Shown in pieces: positions 61,562 to 64,000 of a stretch of DNA of 64,000 bases. Source of the stretch: a virus. Position numbers and translations under genes: made by a program. The stretch is taken from positions 36,520 through 100,519 of IMG/VR virus record IMGVR_UViG_3300049844_000277; one strand, given 5' to 3'. The notes beneath the pieces were generated by a model, which saw only the letters and a list, made by a program, of their open reading frames with translations, was not told the DNA's origin and did not search any database. Position 1 is the first letter of the stretch. Each line of letters starts with the position of its first letter.

Positions 61562-62122
61562 ATGCGCGTCGCCATCTATGATAAAAATCCAGGGTATGGT
61601 CTGTGGCAACACTTCCTCGCCTTAACCTGGCGCATCGGCTGCTGCATCCACTGGGTGTTCGGTAAGCTTGATGCGTATTACGGCGCATCATCGTGGGATG
61701 ATGCTTTTAAGTGGCTTGAGTCGAGGCCGGGGATGCTCACATCAGTTCAGTATTGGGGGCACGGAAGTCCCGGCACGGCGTGGCTTGCCGGGAAGCCGAT
61801 CGACGTCACCCAATTTAAACGTATCCAACATAAAGTAGTTCCGGCTACCGTCCTTTGGTTTCGTACGTGTTCGACGTTTCAAGGCGAGAGCGGACACACG
61901 GTATCGAAGTACCTGACTAACCTGCTAGGCTGTACCGTAGCCGCGCATACTCGAATCATCGGCGTATTTCAGGGCGGCTTACACACTCGACGTCCCGGCG
62001 AAGAACCAAGTTGGCCTGTGACGGAAGGCGAATTCCCGAATTCCAAATTGGCGCAGCTAGGACTTAAGTGGGGCAACAACACTGTCCTGTGCTTGGCGGC
62101 GAGAATTCCTAAGGGTTGGTAA
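61562..62122 (+). CDS. Hypothetical protein (186 aa).
   Basis: ORF. YWGHGSPG segment. No family recognised. Confidence 0.5.
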   Translation: MRVAIYDKNPGYGLWQHFLALTWRIGCCIHWVFGKLDAYYGASSWDDAFKWLESRPGMLTSVQYWGHGSPGTAWLAGKPIDVTQFKRIQHKVVPATVLWFRTCSTFQGESGHTVSKYLTNLLGCTVAAHTRIIGVFQGGLHTRRPGEEPSWPVTEGEFPNSKLAQLGLKWGNNTVLCLAARIPKGW

Positions 62123-62183
62123 TAGTCTCGACTTCACTAAACCGTCTGCTTCACCAGCGCGGTAGACCTTGGGGTTTAGTGAA

Positions 62184-62256
62184 CTCCCCGAGTAGGACTC
62201 GAACCTACGACCTAGCGATTAACAGTCGCTCGCTCCACCAGCTGAGCTATCGGGGA
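62184..62256 (-). tRNA. tRNA-Asn (anticodon GUU), 73 nt, no encoded CCA.
   Basis: Manual fold:
- Acceptor: TCCCCGA/TCGGGGA.
- D arm: GCTC-AGCTGGTG-GAGC.
- Anticodon arm: AGCGA-CTGTTAA-TCGCT.
- Variable loop: AGGTC.
- T arm: GTAGG-TTCGAGT-CCTAC.
- Discriminator: G. Confidence 0.8.
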
Positions 62257-62261
62257 AGATG

Positions 62262-62459
62262 TTACTCTTTTTCTTTTTTAGCTTTTTCGCGGGAGATAAT
62301 CAGATTCGACGACATCGGAGTTAGTCCGTGTTTGGCGGCGAGCTTCTCTCTTACGTCTTTTGCCGCATCCATGAAACTCTTGAGAAGCTTGTTCTGCGTG
62401 AATCCATTCTTCTTTTGCAGGAATGTGATTTCCCAAGTGAACTTGACGATATCACTCAT
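62262..62459 (-). CDS. Small hypothetical protein (65 aa).
   Basis: ORF. Confidence 0.3.
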   Translation of the reverse strand: MSDIVKFTWEITFLQKKNGFTQNKLLKSFMDAAKDVREKLAAKHGLTPMSSNLIISREKAKKEKE

Positions 62460-62466
62460 TTAGAGA

Positions 62467-62910
62467 TTACCGAGTAACGTAGACACCTAATACCACGCCC
62501 GCTATTACTCCGACGGCGAGGCCGACCCCGCCCGCGATGGCCCACGCTGGAAAAGGTCCGGGGCGTGCCTCTGCAGCGGTAGCGCGCGTCGTCTCAAGTG
62601 TGAGCAGGAAGTTCAGCCTCTCGTTATTTGATTGCAGAGTACTACACGCAGTCTTCTCGGCGTTCAGCGCTTCCTTAAGCTTGCTTACCGCTTTTTCGTG
62701 TTCTACTTTGATTTCGGCGTGCTTATTCTCCAGTTTAGTCAGCCTGTCTATTTCCAAATCCAGCGCAATCAACTTCCAAGCATCGTTGAACTCATAGCAC
62801 GCCTTATCGCCGCACATCTTCCACTTGGGGATGTACTTCAACTCGTTAGCATGCGCGGGTACAGAGAGACAGACGATGATAGTGATAGCGCCGAAGGGTC
62901 TACGGTTCAC
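62467..62910 (-). CDS. Secreted/membrane coiled-coil protein: N-terminal signal-like segment, C-terminal TM helix. Possibly lysis-related.
   Basis: N-terminal MNRRPFGAITIIVCLSVPAHA. Central coiled coil. C-terminal AIAGGVGLAVGVIAGVVLGVYV. Confidence 0.4.
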   Translation of the reverse strand: MNRRPFGAITIIVCLSVPAHANELKYIPKWKMCGDKACYEFNDAWKLIALDLEIDRLTKLENKHAEIKVEHEKAVSKLKEALNAEKTACSTLQSNNERLNFLLTLETTRATAAEARPGPFPAWAIAGGVGLAVGVIAGVVLGVYVTR

Positions 62911-63305
62911 AGCTTAACTCCCGCAAGCTTGTTGAGCGCCGTCCAGTCTTTATTTGCTACGGCTTGTAAGAGCTTCATCTGAGTTCGATGTTCTTCTTCG
63001 ATGAGATTGAGCTCTTCCTCTTTTCGCCGGACGGCTTTCAGAGATTCCTCGGCTACAACCTCGGCGACCATCCTTCGCTGCAGATTCGTCTCGACTTTCG
63101 CAGCAACGGCGGCCTGTTCAGCATCGAGCTTCCATCGATTGATTTCGTCTCGACGGATAGCCAATTCAGCGGCCCGCTTCTTAAGCAAACGATGAATCTG
63201 CACAACCATGACGGCAAGAAGTATTCCGCCTAGCAGTTTCCACCACCAGCTAGGCGGGTTCTTCACCTTCTTGGCGAGCTCGAGGATGCGGGATTTGATG
63301 GTCAC
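62907..63305 (-). CDS. Type II membrane coiled-coil protein, i-spanin-like topology.
   Basis: Short basic N-terminus. TM WWWKLLGGILLAVMVVQI. Then a coiled-coil periplasmic domain. Overlaps the downstream gene by 4 nt. The spanin assignment is tentative. Confidence 0.4.
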   Translation of the reverse strand: MTIKSRILELAKKVKNPPSWWWKLLGGILLAVMVVQIHRLLKKRAAELAIRRDEINRWKLDAEQAAVAAKVETNLQRRMVAEVVAEESLKAVRRKEEELNLIEEEHRTQMKLLQAVANKDWTALNKLAGVKL

Positions 63306-63323
63306 GGTTTGTTTACGTAGCTG

Positions 63324-63614
63324 TTAGGCGTCTACTGTCTCTGTTGTATCTTCTTTGGCTTCGTCGTTGGTTTCAGATTCGTCGTCGGCTTTTTCTTTAA
63401 TTTTTGGCAATACGTCGACTGTGAACGTTAGTGTCATAGGGATCGGCGTACTGTTGTTCGCATACTCGTCTACAAGCGTAGCGAGGAATACGAGCTTTAA
63501 TCTGCGTGTAGCATCCTCGGATGTGCTTCCCAAAGCCCACGCCCAGTTCAGTCCTGGGACGAAGGCTTTGTGTGTACCATCGAGCTGCTCTTCGATTCCG
63601 ATGCGGATTAGCAT
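63324..63614 (-). CDS. Small acidic hypothetical protein (96 aa).
   Basis: ORF. Confidence 0.4.
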   Translation of the reverse strand: MLIRIGIEEQLDGTHKAFVPGLNWAWALGSTSEDATRRLKLVFLATLVDEYANNSTPIPMTLTFTVDVLPKIKEKADDESETNDEAKEDTTETVDA

Positions 63615-63623
63615 TTAATAGGC

Positions 63624-64000
63624 TCAAGGAGGACTGATTGTGATCGTTCTCACTGTTCCACCGATTTTTATTTTGAGCGCGGAGCCGGTGACCCAGATGT
63701 CTCCGTCTTGTGGACTTCCTGGATCTCCTGTACGTGGTGCTATGCGTATAGTACCTCGGTTTGAGTTTATCGCAGAGAATATCGCCGCTAAGCCTGTATT
63801 TGCAATATTTTGACCATAGAAGCAGGTATGTGTACCGTTGTTACTCGTATTCGAATCAATGGAGGAGTAATAGCCTATATGCGCTGATGAGCCATTACTA
63901 GGATAGCTATAGGTGGAGAAAGCGTATCCGTCAGAACAAGATCCGATTACCGCGGCCGTCTCCGGGGAGTTTACAGTTGATGACGCGTAAATCCCGCTCG
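63624..64000 (-). CDS. Tail-fibre-like protein, partial (only the C-terminal about 125 aa are in the window; the start lies beyond the window end).
   Basis: Manual minus-strand translation ...SNNGTHTCFYGQNIANTGLAAIFSAINSNRGTIRIAPRTGDPGSPQDGDIWVTGSALKIKIGGTVRTITISPP-stop. The GDxW / Ser-Asn-Gly-rich composition is typical of fibre tips. Confidence 0.45.
   Translation of the reverse strand, partial: SGIYASSTVNSPETAAVIGSCSDGYAFSTYSYPSNGSSAHIGYYSSIDSNTSNNGTHTCFYGQNIANTGLAAIFSAINSNRGTIRIAPRTGDPGSPQDGDIWVTGSALKIKIGGTVRTITISPP

Overview
This window reads as a tightly packed, strand-blocked stretch of a large tailed-phage (or phage-like mobile element) genome at roughly 55% GC. A terminase large subunit, a portal-like protein, HNH endonucleases, Bro-N antirepressors and a tail-fiber-like fragment support that reading.

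- **1..12380, all minus strand.** A run of uncharacterised, probably virion or early proteins. It includes a 927-aa protein with Q/M/A-rich low complexity and a 419-aa protein with an internal tandem duplication.
- **9086..20887, minus strand: a multisubunit RNA polymerase operon.** A 2836-aa beta–beta'(N-terminal half) fusion carries three LAGLIDADG inteins. Beta' is split, with its C-terminal module (599 aa) encoded four genes downstream. Between the two pieces sit a ferritin/Dps-like gene and two small genes.
- **22363..25374, minus strand.** A portal-like protein with a fourth intein.
- **25431..38297, plus strand: replication/recombination module.** SNF2 helicase, two Cas4-like PD-(D/E)XK nucleases, an HNH endonuclease, ParB, a DNA polymerase I carrying a mini-intein, and a DnaQ-like exonuclease. 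A sigma-70-family factor with an inserted zinc ribbon lies antisense inside this module.
- **38298..38793.** A convergent intergenic region with two copies of a roughly 30-bp palindromic repeat.
- **38794..41212.** Terminase large subunit plus an HNH endonuclease that sits next to a diverged duplicate of the neighbouring gene's 5' end.
- **41213..45946.** A MoxR-type AAA+ ATPase and a metallopeptidase(HExxH)+VWA protein.
- **46729..49840.** A three-gene operon centred on a reverse transcriptase with a Cys-rich insertion. It has no obvious retron, group II intron or DGR context. This is my top candidate for an undescribed system.
- **52620..55728.** Split Prim-Pol primase and SF3 helicase.
- **55729..56888.** A 1.16-kb non-coding, iteron-rich region with an AT-rich half and a GC-rich direct-repeat half. 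It is a candidate origin.
- **56889..63305.** A RuvC-like resolvase, two Bro-N proteins, a tRNA-Asn(GUU), coiled-coil membrane proteins and small genes of unknown function.
- **63324..64000.** A small acidic hypothetical and a partial tail-fiber-like gene.

All functional calls come from motif recognition by eye in the supplied translations. No database searches were run.
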